Assembly: GCA_964016885.1 (NCBI GenBank)
Contig: OZ024746.1
Coordinates: 95,666,001 to 95,730,000 of the forward strand
Reading direction: 5' to 3'
DNA: 64,000 bases
From: Eledone cirrhosa
Lineage: Eukaryota
Shown here: piece by piece, positions 35,184-47,900 of the stretch
How the letters are laid out: every line of letters starts with the position of its first letter
Numbering within the stretch: the stretch's first letter is position 1
Notes under the pieces: model-generated
Databases searched by the model: none
The model's input: the letters and a program-made list of their open reading frames with translations, nothing else
Told to the model about the DNA's origin: nothing
Made by a program: the position numbers and the translations under genes

Positions 35184-36160
35184 CAGTGGTTGCCAACCTT
35201 TTTGACTTCACGGGCCACTAAATTCATAATTTTAAATCCCGCAGACCACTAATATAAATTTTTTTAAAAAGATAAATACATTTGTAAAATAATCATCAGA
35301 GAACTTCCATTTTATTAATTTGAAATGCACCTATTAAAACATTTTTAAGGAAGGGTTATAAAATATATTTTAACTGAATATTATTTTTGTTTTATTATTT
35401 ACTAGCAGAATGACCTGGCGTTGCTTGGGATTCTAAACATAGATTGGCATGTTTATCCCTCCTTTCTGAAACAGTACAGAGAAGTATGGAATACCTCCGC
35501 CTCAGGATGGTGTCTACATTTTGTGGTTATAAAAAAAATTTGTCGTAGATTACAAGGTTTTTTTTTCCGTCCGAAGAAAATCAATACTTTATCGTGAAAT
35601 AAAAACTTTTGTTTATATTTTGTGTATGCAAAAATATCTGTACACGGATATATAATTATATTTTAAGCAAAGAATCGCTGCTTTCACCCTTAACGGGATC
35701 TTCTGAAACTAAAAAAATCAATCTGTGAACGCAGAAGTAAATATTTCGAAAAACGTTACACACTATATATATATATATATACACACACTATATATACATA
35801 TATACACACACACATATATCGTCATAATGTTGTAATGCAGACAGCAAGATATCCAGACAGATATTATAAGGGCACAACGTTATATCTATCTAAAAAGAAA
35901 GACTAAGAATTATAGATAGAGATCGCTAAATCGCCTAATGCGGTCCCTAGGGCATTGAACATTTGAAATATCTTTTGCTCAAAACACTCACAAGACCTTA
36001 AGTATTACATGAGTAAAGTTTGAAAACAATCGGTTGGGTGGTTCTCGAGTTTTAGGGAGTCAGACAAACAGTCAGTTTTAGATATATAGATAAAACATAA
36101 AAATTGTTTTTCTGTGGACCACCAAAACCTTCTCTTGGACCACTAGGGGTCCACACGGCA
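35184..36160. mobile_element. hAT-like MITE remnant hosting a Helitron
   Basis: Left end CAGTGGTTGCCAACC; subterminal GGACCAC/GTCCAC motifs resume after 36090; right TIR not seen. Confidence 0.45.
35402..36090 (-). mobile_element. Non-autonomous Helitron-like element
   Basis: Minus strand begins A|TCTATATATC and ends ...GCAACGCCAGGTCATTCTGCTAG|T: 5'-TC, 3'-CTAG, A|T target, no TSD, degenerate subterminal hairpin. Confidence 0.7.
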
Positions 36161-36175
36161 GCGACTATGATGACT

Positions 36176-36209
<34 letters not shown>

Positions 36210-36499
36210 CTACGATTATGATGATGATAATAATGATGACTATGATGATGATGATGATGATTGTTTTCATGGCACCACATATACAAATGTTAATATTGTG
36301 ATTATTAAAAATATAAAAAAAAAAAAATCTTTAAATATTTATCTGTCATGTCAGTGATATTTCCCTTTTTTTTCTCAGGGCTTATTTAACCCTTTAAAGG
36401 GGTCATAATTGTTAGGGAGCAGGTGGTGTGGGTGAGGTGGGGGTTTCTGACAGATGAAAGAAGTTATTCTTTCAGAAGATGTATTATTTTATTACTTAC

Positions 36500-36870
36500 A
36501 TCACACACATATATACATACACATACATACACACATAAACATTCACATATACAATCATACACATACACTCACACACACATACATATTTGTATAGATAAAC
36601 ACATGCACACATGTACGCACATACATACACACATATATATACACACGTGCACACACATTCATATTTGTATAGACACACGTACACACACATATACACACAT
36701 ACACACACACATATATGTACATACACACATGTGCACACATACAAGCATGTACACATATACATATGCGCACAAAAACACACACATTCACACATGCACTCAC
36801 ATAAACACACACACACACATGCTCTCATACGTATGCACATGTGCACACACACACACACATCTGTATTCAC
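36500..36870. repeat. Degenerate (CA/TA)n tract
   Basis: Direct reading. Confidence 0.9.
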
Positions 36871-36876
36871 ATGCTT

Positions 36877-38920
36877 GTGATGGTGGTGGTGGTGGTGGTG
36901 GTGGTGGTGATGGTGGTGGTGGTGGTGGTGGTGATGGTGGTGGTGGTGGTGGTGGTGGTGGTGGTGGTGGTGATGGTGGTGGTGGTGGTGGTGGTGGTGG
37001 TGGTGATGGTGGTGGTGATGGTGGTGGTGATGGTGGTGGTGGTGGTGATGGTGATGGTGGTGGTGGTGGTGGTGATGGTGGTGGTGGTGGTGATGGTGGT
37101 GGTGGTGGTGGTGGTGGTGATGGTGGTGGTGGTGGTGATGGTGGTGGTGGTGGTGGTGGTGGTGGTGGTGATGGTGGTGGTGGTGGTGGTGGTGGTGGTG
37201 GTGATGGTGGTGGTGGTGGTGGTGGTGGTGATGGTGGTGGTGGTGGTGGTGGTGATGGTGATGGTGGTGGTGGTGGTGGTGGTGGTGATGGTGGTGGTGG
37301 TGGTGGTGGTGATGGTGGTGGTGGTGGTGGTGGTGGTGGTGGTGGTGATGGTGGTGGTGGTGGTGATGGTGGTGATGGTGGTGGTGGTGGTGGTGATGGT
37401 GGTGGTGGTGGTGGTGGTGGTGATGGTGGTGGTGGTGGTGGTGGTGGTGGTGGTGGTGGTGGTGGTGGTGATGGTGGTGGTGGTGGTGATGGTGGTGATG
37501 GTGGTGATGGTGGTGGTGGTGGTGGTGATGGTGGTGGTGGTGGTGGTGGTGGTGGTGATGGTGGTGGTGGTGGTGGTGGTGATGGTGGTGGTGGTGGTGG
37601 TGGTGATGGTGGTGGTGGTGATGGTGGTGGTGGTGGTGGTGGTGATGGTGGTGGTGGTGGTGGTGATGGTGGTGGTGGTGGTGGTGGTGATGGTGGTGGT
37701 GGTGGTGGTGGTGGTGGTGGTGATGGTGGTGGTGGTGGTGGTGGTGGTGATGGTGGTGGTGGTGGTGGTGGTGGTGGTGGTGGCGGTGGTGATGGTGGTG
37801 GTGGTGGTGATGGTGGTGATGGTGGTGATGGTGGTGGTGGTGGTGGTGATGGTGGTGGTGGTGGTGATGGTGGTGGTGGTGGTGGTGGTGGTGGTGGTGG
37901 TGGTGATGGTGGTGGTGGTGGTGGTGGTGATGGTGGTGGTGGTGGTGATGGTGGTGGTGGTGATGGTGGTGGTGGTGGTGGTGGTGATGGTGGTGGTGGT
38001 GGTGGTGGTGATGGTGGTGGTGGTGGTGGTGATGGTGGTGGTGGTGGTGGTGGTGGTGGTGATGGTGGTGGTGGTGGTGGTAGTGGTGATGGTGATGGTG
38101 GTGGTGGTGGTGGTGGTGGTGATGGTGGTGGTTGTGGTGGTGGTGATGGTGGTGGTGGTGGTGGTGGTGGTGATGGTGGTGGTGGTGGTGGTGGTGGTGA
38201 TGGTGGTGGTGGTGGTGGTGATGGTGGTGGTGGTGGTGGTGGTGGTGATGGTGGTGGTGGTGGTGGTGGTGGTGGTGGTGGTGGTGGTGGTGGTGATGGT
38301 GGTGGTGGTGGTGATGGTGGTGATGGTGGTGATGGTGGTGGTGGTGGTGGTGATGGTGGTGGTGGTGGTGATGGTGGTGGTGGTGGTGGTGGTGGTGGTG
38401 GTGGTGGTGATGGTGGTGGTGGTGGTGGTGGTGATGGTGGTGGTGGTGGTGGTGATGGTGGTGGTGGTGGTGGTGGTGATGGTGGTGGTGGTGATGGTGG
38501 TGGTGGTGGTGGTGGTGATGGTGGTGGTGGTGGTGGTGGTGGTGATGGTGGTGGTGGTGGTGGTGGTGATGGTGGTGGTTGTGGTGGTGGTGATGGTGGT
38601 TGTGGTGGTGGTGGTGGTGGTGGTGGTGGTGATGGTGGTGGTGGTGGTGGTGGTGATGGTGGTGGTGGTGGTGGTGGTGATGGTGGTGGTGGTGGTGGTG
38701 GTGGTGGTGATGGTGGTGGTTGTGGTGGTGGTGATGGTGGTGGTGGTGGTGGTGGTGGTGATGGTGGTGGTGGTGCTGGTGGTGATGGTGGTGGTGGTGG
38801 TGATGGTAGTGGTAGTGGCAGTGGCAGTGATGGTGATGGTGGTGGTGGTGGTGATGGTAGTGGTAGTGGTGATGGTGATGGTAGTAGTGGCAGTGGTGGT
38901 GGTGGTGGTAATGGTGAGGA
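36877..38920. repeat. ~2-kb (GGT)n microsatellite with GAT interruptions
   Basis: Direct reading; produces the poly-Gly, poly-Pro and poly-Val ORFs. Confidence 0.97.
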
Positions 38921-39322
38921 TAATGGGAGGTTTGGGCAGCAGTAATGGTTGGACATTTGCTTAAATTCTTATAAACCGGGTGGGGTGGGGGGTGGGGGTC
39001 AGTAAGTGTATGTTCGTAAATATGGGATTTTTTTGTAATGTTCTTTTTTTTGTCATATATAATGTTTTTTTAATGTAGATTCTGCAGCTGCTGTATCAAT
39101 ATAAATCACTTACAATAAAATTTTGCTGGAGACAGATTAGCAAAATTTAATAAGCTGGGGGGTCCCCGGGGGGGGGGGGGGTGTCGGAAAATATCTGAAA
39201 ATTTAATAAACAGGGGGAGGGCGTGTCGAGTATTCAAGACCTGAGAATATTTACCTTTTAAACATATGTCAATTTATCCTATATGTGTTAGTCATGGAGA
39301 TGGGTCAGAGTCCCTTTGTCTC

Positions 39323-39538
39323 TTAACCCTTTCGCATTTAAACCAGCCATATCCAGTCACAATTCTCTCACCTCTTTCTATTCAAACCAATAGTAACTGG
39401 CTGTTCATACTTATCTTAAGGTATTGTTCTCAAAATAAATAATATCAAAACCTCGTAGATTCCATATTATGTGAGGTAAAGCCTTTTCTGTGAAAATACA
39501 GTAGTAAATATAGAGTAATCTAAATGCTAAAGAGTTAA
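39323..39538. mobile_element. TTAA MITE family 1 (216 bp including both TTAA)
   Basis: TTAACCCTTTCGCATTTAAAC...TAAATGCTAAAGAGTTAA. Confidence 0.85.
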
Positions 39539-39635
39539 CAGGTAAATTTCATTCAAATCCCACCATGCCGTCTTAGGAAGATAATGACATCATGTTGGCA
39601 TGGGTTTGATGGATTGTCCTGGTCTTGGACTAGAT

Positions 39636-40828
39636 CATCATCATCATCAGGTCGAGCTTGCTCGGCTTTCTACGACACGCTTCCTCCATCCATCTCTGTC
39701 TCTCCTAGCGTTTGCCAGTTCTTTCGCAGTGCATCCAGTATCGTCCTCAAGTTGCTTGACGTATGTCTTCTTGGGACGACCAGCGTTTCTTGCTCCATGA
39801 GATGGACTCCATAACAACACATCACCTGCTATTTCCTCCTTGCGCCAACAGTGGCCAGCAAATCTGAGTCTCTGTCCACGTATTGCTGATAGGTGGTATA
39901 TTGCCATAGAGATCCTCATTTGTTGGGTGTTCCCTCCAAGACACGTTTAAAGCAGTGCGGAGCATACGTGTGTATGCCCCGTCTAGTTTTTTCTCCAGTT
40001 TCGACGTTAGCGTCCAAGTGATAGAGCCATAAACAAGCACAGATTCCACAGCAGCTCTGAAGAAATTCCTTTTCAGTTTGGCCGGCAGGTTTGATTTCCA
40101 TATCTTTTCCATTGCATTCAATGCTCCCCAGGCTTTTCCCAGTCTGATGTTAACATCATGTTCTGTGGAGGCGATATAGCTACCCAGGTATTTGAAGTCG
40201 TCAACTTGCTTGATTATAATCGCCGTTTAGACTTCGCATACCAACTGAGGAGTCTTGGTTCAGGCAAATATATTCTGTTTTGCCTGCGTTGACATAGAGT
40301 CCGATTTCCTTTGCAACTGATTCAATGCTGTGAAGTAGTGATGTTGCATCCTTAAGGTAGTCAGCGAGGACCGCTAAATCATCCGCATAGTCAGCATCGG
40401 TGATTTTCTGAGCTGCATGGCGTCTACACTTTCGCTTTGTGAGAGTGAAACCAAGCTCTAAGTTTTCGTTCAGGGCTTTTCTCAATACATAGTCGAGGCA
40501 GATGATAAAAATATATGGTGCAAGAGTATCCCCTTGGAGTACTCCTGCAATGATGTCAAAGAAGTTGGTATCTCCATCAGGTGAGCGCACCATTGCGCGG
40601 GTGTTTTTATAGAACATCATGATGGCATTTACTGTTTCCTTTGGCAAGCCATAGGCTAGAAGTATCTCTCTCATCCTCCCATGATGGATGGAATCGAATG
40701 TTTTTGAAAAGTCAATAAACATGAGAGTTGCTGGGAGGTTTTTGGCTTTTATGCCTTCCAAGATACGCCGAATAGTAAGTATTTGCCCTGATGTTGATCT
40801 GTTGGTGCGGAAGCCATTTTTTTTTTTT
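39636..40828 (-). mobile_element. Young 5'-truncated RTE LINE (family R3): RT domain plus C-terminus, few frameshifts, TSD-flanked
   Basis: NGFRTNRSTSGQILTIRRILEG...FIDFSKTFDSI...GVLQGDTLAPYIFIICLDYVLR...DYADDL...KTEY...FKYLGS...RLRFAGHCWR...GRP...DRDGWR; (TGA)n tail; TSD TTGGACTAGAT at 39625-39635 and 40829-40839; inserted into an older family-A SINE. Confidence 0.95.
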
Positions 40829-41187
40829 TTGGACTAGATGGTTTAGTGAACCACATCTTGCTTATACATTCCAGTTTGTCATCGTTTCTACAGCTGAATG
40901 CTGTTCCCAATGCCAACCACTTTACTGAGTATATTGGGTGCATTTTACCATGACCCCAGCACCACCATGTTACAGAGTGTAGTGCACTAAGCCTAAATTC
41001 GAGGTGATGGTCACTACTAGAATGCCTTTGATCATAGGTCTCCTTAATCATGGCTGATCCTGATAAAGGAAATACTGAAGGGGAAACATTCCTCACTTTT
41101 TTTAGTTGCCTCCTTCCCAACTTTAATCTTTGTTTGCCTCTGTTTCTTAAAAACCCATGTCAGGCATCTCTGGCTGACCTAGGGCTA

Positions 41188-41345
41188 CACAACAACAGCA
41201 GCAACAGTAACATCAACAGCAGCAGCAACAACAACAGAAATAACAACAATGACAGCAACAACAACAGCAGCAAAAGCAGCAACAACAACTATGACAACAA
41301 CAGCAACAACAGTAAAGGCAGCAGCAACAACAACAGCAACAACAT
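41188..41345. repeat. (CAA/CAG)n microsatellite
   Basis: Direct reading. Confidence 0.9.
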
Positions 41346-41515
41346 GTTTGTCATTAATTAACAATTTGTTAAAAATACCTTAGTTTCTCATGATCACCTG
41401 GTTGTAAGAATTGACACCTGTCACTTGATATTTCATATTCCAGCATGGGAGAAAAAAAAAATGAATAACCCCAACAAAACTCAGTTTTTACCTTCAGCAG
41501 CAGACTTAACTATAG

Positions 41516-42089
41516 TTAACCCTTTAGTATTTAAACCAGCTGTATCCAGCTAGAAACCTCTCACCTCTATCAGTTCAAACTGGCTGTAACTGGCCACTCA
41601 TACTGATGTTAAGGTATTGTTTTCAAAATAAATATGAAAATATGATAGATTCGATATTATGTGAGATAAAGCTTTTACCTTTAACCCTTTAGCATTTACA
41701 TTACTCTATATTTACTATTATACTTTAACCCTTTAGCATTTAAACTCGATGTATCTGGCCAGAATTCTCTCACCTATTTCTGTTCAAACCGGCCATAAGG
41801 CATCGCTCATACTGATGTTAAGGTATTGTTCTCAAAATAAATATCAAAATCTTGTAGATTCGATATTATGTGAGATAATTATGTGAAATAAAGTGTTTAA
41901 CATGAAAATACAATAGTAAATATAGAGTAATGTAAATGCTAAAAGGTTAACCCTTTAGCATTTAAACCAGCCATATCCAGACAAAATAAATAATAACAAA
42001 ATCTCATAGATGTAATATTATGTGAGATAAAGCCATTACTGATAAAATACAGTAGTAAATATAGAGTGATATAAATGCTAAAGGGTTAA
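41516..42089. mobile_element. Cluster of four tandem or nested TTAA MITE family-1 pieces
   Basis: TTAACCCTTTAG starts at ~41516, 41681, 41725 and 41947; the last two share one TTAA; the cluster ends AAAGGGTTAA at 42089. Confidence 0.85.
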
Positions 42090-43034
42090 GCAGCAGCCTT
42101 ACTATAGTTAAAGGAAATCTTGGAGTAGGATTAAATCTTAATGTCCTTTACCACGTAAAACCACATTAACAAGACATTCTTGTAAAGCAAAAAAAAAAAA
42201 AAAAAAAAAATGCTTTCTGATTTAGGCACAAGGCCAGCAATTTGGGGGAGGGGAAAGTTGATTAAATCGACCCCAGAGCGTGACTGGTACTTTATTTTAT
42301 CGACCACGTAAGAATGAAAAGCAAAGTTAACCTCGGTGGCATTTGAACTCAGAACATAAAGGTCTGTAGCTCTATGCTGCAAAACATATTGTCTGACGCT
42401 CTACCAATTCTGCCAATCCACCACCCTTGTAAAGCAAAAGTAATGCTATAGCTGCATCATATAAAACTTTAATACTGCAAATTTTCTCAGTAGATATCAT
42501 CATCATCATCATCATCATCACCGTTTTACATCCGTTCTTCCACGCTAGCATGGGTTAGACGGGTTGTCCTGTTGTGGGCAGTGTCCGGTCGGCTGACCAT
42601 GCCTTGCTCATATGGGAACTGATTCTGGTTTGATTTCTACAGCTGGATGCCCTTCCTAACACCAACCTCATTTACAGTGAGTGCTGGGTGATTTTTTTCG
42701 GTGGCGCCTACATGTCCACTTTACAGTGTGGACTGGGTGCTTTTATGCTGTGGCACCTCCACGACCACTTTGCAGTGGGAGGGTGAGGGGGCATATTGTC
42801 TATACTTCAGCTTCAGCTTGTACCGGTGGGGGAAGGGGGAGGGTCTTCTGGATTAACAAAGCTATTTTTAGATATTTTCTGCTAAATCATTACAGAATAT
42901 AAAGACTTAATATCCTGTACCACATGAAACCACATTAGCAAATCATTCTTGTAAATTACAAAATACGTAATTAAAGATTTTCTACAAGAATCTTTATGTT
43001 CCAAAAACCAACTTAATAACGAGAAAGTTAGTTA

Positions 43035-44927
43035 TACATACAAACACATACATTACATACAAACACATACATTACATACAGACACATATATTACATACAT
43101 TACATACATTACATACATTACATACAGACACATACATTACATACAAACACATACATTACATACAAACACATACATTACATACAAACACATACATTACATA
43201 CAAACACATACATTACATACATTACATACATTACATACATTACATACAAACACATACATTACATACAAACACATACATTACATACATTACATACAAACAC
43301 ATACATTACATACAGACACATACATTACATACAAGCACATACATTACATATAAACACATGCATTACATACAAACACATACATTACATACAAACACATACA
43401 TTACATACATTACATACATTACATACAAACACATACATTACATACAAACACATACATTACATACAGACACATACATTACATACAAACACATACATTACAT
43501 ACAAACACATACATTACATACAGACACATACATTACATACAAACACATACATTACATACAAACACATACATTGCATACAAACACATACATTACATACAAA
43601 CACATACATTACATACAAACACATACATTACATACAAACACATACATTACATACAGACACATACATTACATACAAACACATACATTACATACAGACACAT
43701 ACATTACATACAAACACATACATTACATACAAACACATACATTGCATACAAACACATACATTACATACAAACACATACATTACATACAAACACATACATT
43801 ACATACAGACACATACATTACATACAAACACATACATTACATACAAACACATACATTACATACAAACACATACATTACATACAGACACATACATTACATA
43901 CAAACACATACATTACATACAAACACATACATTACATACAAACACATACATTACATACAAACACATACATTACATACAAACACATACATTACATACATTA
44001 CATACATTACATACAAACACATACATTACATACAAACACATACATTACATACAGACACATACATTACATACAAACACATACATTACATACAAACACATAC
44101 ATTACATACAAACACATACATTACATACAGACACATACATTACATACAAACACATACATTACATACAAACACATACATTACATACAAACACATACATTAC
44201 ATACAAACACATACATTACATACAAACACATACATTACATTCAGACACATACATTACATACATACATACACATACATACACATACATTACATACAAACAC
44301 ATACATTACATACAAACACATACATTACATACAAACACATACATTACATACAAACACATACATTACATACAAACACATACATTACATACAGACACATACA
44401 TTACATACAAACACATACATTACATACAAACACATACATTACATACAAACACATACATTACATACAGACACATACATTACATACAAACACATACATTACA
44501 TACAAACACATACATTACATACAAACACATACATTACATACATTACATACATTACATACAAACACATACATTACATACAAACACATACATTACATACATT
44601 ACATACAAACACATACATTACATACAAACACATACATTACATACAGACACATACATTACATACAAACACATACATTACATACATTACATACAAACACATA
44701 CATTACATACAAACACATACATTACATACAAACACATACATTACATACAGACACATACATTACATACAAACACATACATTACATACAGACACATACATTA
44801 CATACAAACACATACATTACATACAGACACATACATTACATACAAACGTATACATTACATACAAACACATACATTACATACATTACATACAAACACATAC
44901 ATTACATACGAACACATACATTACATA
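43035..44927. repeat. 19-bp minisatellite (ACATACAAACACATACATT, with 9-bp subunit), ~100 copies
   Basis: Period 19 (43041, 43060). Confidence 0.97.
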
Positions 44928-44959
44928 TAAGTAAATAAATAAATAAATGTTGATGTTAT

Positions 44960-47900
44960 CTCCCTTTCACTCACTGCCTCCTTCTCTCTCACTCTCCCCA
45001 TCTCTCTCTTTCACTCACTGCCTCCTTCTCTCTCACTCTCCCCATCTCTCCCTTTCACTTACTACCTCTGTCTCTCTCACTCTCCCCATCTCTCTCTTTC
45101 ACTCACTGCCTCTGTCTCTCTCACTCTCCCCATCTCTCTCTTTCACTCACTGCCTCTGTCTCTCTCACTCTCCCTATCTCTCTCTTTCACTCACTGCCTC
45201 TGTCTCTCTCACTCTCCTCATCACCCTCTTTCACTCACTGCCTCTGTCTCTCTCACTCTCCCTATCTCTCTCTTTCACTCACTGCCTCTGTCTCTCTCTC
45301 TCACTCTACCCATCTCTCTCTTTCACTCACTGCCTCTGTCTCTCTCTCTCACTCTACCCATCTCTCTCTTTCACTAACTGCCTCCTTCTCTCTCACTCTC
45401 CCCATCTCTCCCTTTCACTTACTACCTCTGTCTCTCTCACTCTCCCCATCTCTCTCTTTTACTCACTGCCTCTGTCTCTCTCACTCTCCTCATCACCCTC
45501 TTTCACTCACTGCCTCTGTCTCTCTCACTCTCCCCATCTCTCTTTCACTCACTGCCTCTGTCTCTCTCTCACTCTACCCATCTCTCTCTTTCACTCACTC
45601 TCTCCATCTCTCCCACTCTCCCCATCTCTCTCTTTCACTAACTACCTCTGTCTCTCTCACTCTCCCCATCTCTCTCTTTCACTCACCACCTCTGTCTCTC
45701 TCACTCTCCCCCATCTCTCTCTTTCACTCACCACCTCTGTCTCTCTCACTCTCCCCATCTCTCTCTTTCACTCACCACCTCTGTCTCTCTCACTCTCCCC
45801 ATCTCTCTCTTTCACTCACCACCTCTGTCTCTCTCCCTCTCCCCATCTCTCTCTTTCACTCACCACCTCTGTCTCTCTCCCTCTCCCCATCTCACTCTTT
45901 CACTCACCACCTCTGTCTCTCTCACTCTCCCCATCTCTCTCTTTCACTCACCACCTCTGTCTCTCTCCCTCTCCCCATCTCTCTCTTTCACTCACCACCT
46001 CTGTCTCTCTCACTCTCCCCATCTCTCTCTTTTACTCACTGCCTCTGTCTCTCTCACTCTCCTCATCACCCTCTTTCACTCACTGCCTCTGTCTCTCTCA
46101 CTCTCCCCATCTCTCTTTCACTCACTGCCTCTGTCTCTCTCTCACTCTACCCATCTCTCTCTTTCACTCACTCTCTCCATCTCTCCCACTCTCCCCATCT
46201 CTCTCTTTCACTAACTACCTCTGTCTCTCTCACTCTCCCCATCTCTCTCTTTCACTCACCACCTCTGTCTCTCTCACTCTCCCCCATCTCTCTCTTTCAC
46301 TCACCACCTCTGTCTCTCTCACTCTCCCCATCTCTCTCTTTCACTCACCACCTCTGTCTCTCTCACTCTCCCCATCTCTCTCTTTCACTCACCACCTCTG
46401 TCTCTCTCCCTCTCCCCATCTCTCTCTTTCACTCACCACCTCTGTCTCTCTCCCTCTCCCCATCTCACTCTTTCACTCACCACCTCTGTCTCTCTCACTC
46501 TCCCCATCTCTCTCTTTCACTCACCACCTCTGTCTCTCTCCCTCTCCCCATCTCTCTCTTTCACTCACCACCTCTGTCTCTCTCACTCTCCCCCATCTCT
46601 CTCTTTCACTCACCACCTCTGTCTCTCTCACTCTCCCCATCTCTCTCTTTCACTCACCACCTCTGTCTCTCTCACTCTCCCCATCTCTCTCTTTCACTCA
46701 CCACCTCTGTCTCTCTCCCTCTCCCCATCTCTCTCTTTCACTCACCACCTCTGTCTCTCTCCCTCTCCCCATCTCTCTCTTTCACTCACCACCTCTGTCT
46801 CTCTCCCTCTCCCCATCTCTCTCTTTCACTCACCACCTCTGTCTCTCTCACTCTCCCCATCTCTCTCTTTCACTCACCACCTCTGTCTCTCTCACTCTCC
46901 CCATCTCTCTCTTTCACTCACCACCTCTGTCTCTCTCCCTCTCCCCATCTCTCTCTTTCACTCACCACCTCTGTCTCTCTCCCTCTCCCCATCTCTCTCT
47001 TTCACTCACCACCTCTGTCTCTCTCCCTCTCCCCATCTCTCTCTTTCACTCACCACCTCTGTCTCTCTCCCTCTCCCCATCTCTCTCTTTCACTCACCAC
47101 CTCTGTCTCTCTCCCTCTCCCCATCTCTCTCTTTCACTCACCACCTCTGTCTCTCTCACTCTCCCCATCTCTCTCTTTCACTCACCACCTCTGTCTCTCT
47201 CCCTCTCCCCATCTCTCTCTTTCACTCACCACCTCTGTCTCTCTCCCTCTCCCCATCTCTCTCTTTCACTCACCACCTCTGTCTCTCTCACTCTCCCCAT
47301 CTCTCTCTTTCACTCACCACCTCTGTCTCTCTCCCTCTCCCCATCTCTCTCTTTCACTCACCACCTCTGTCTCTCTCCCTCTCCCCATCTCTCTCTTTCA
47401 CTCACCACCTCTGTCTCTCTCCCTCTCCCCATCTCTCTCTTTCACTCACCACCTCTGTCTCTCTCCCTCTCCCCATCTCTCTCTTTCACTCACCACCTCT
47501 GTCTCTCTCCCTCTCCCCATCTCTCTCTTTCACTCACCACCTCTGTCTCTCTCCCTCTCCCCATCTCTCTCTTTCACTCACCACCTCTGTCTCTCTCCCT
47601 CTCCCCATCTCTCTCTTTCACTCACCACCTCTGTCTCTCTCACTCTCCCCATCTCTCTCTTTCACTCACCACCTCTGTCTCTCTCCCTCTCCCCATCTCT
47701 CTCTTTCACTCACCACCTCTGTCTCTCTCCCTCTCCCCATCTCTCTCTTTCACTCACCACCTCTGTCTCTCTCACTCTCCCCATCTCTCTCTTTCACTCA
47801 CCACCTCTGTCTCTCTCACTCTCCCCATCTCTCTCTTTCACTCACCACCTCTGTCTCTCTCCCTCTCCCCATCTCTCTCTTTCACTCACCACCTCTGTCT

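Noticed and set aside
36423-38964. Poly-Gly, poly-Pro (extensin-like) and poly-Val ORFs of 700-840 aa
   Set aside because: All come from one (GGT)n tract open in several frames on both strands.
43358-44938. 526-aa His/Thr/Tyr-rich ORF
   Set aside because: 19-bp satellite cycling through three frames.
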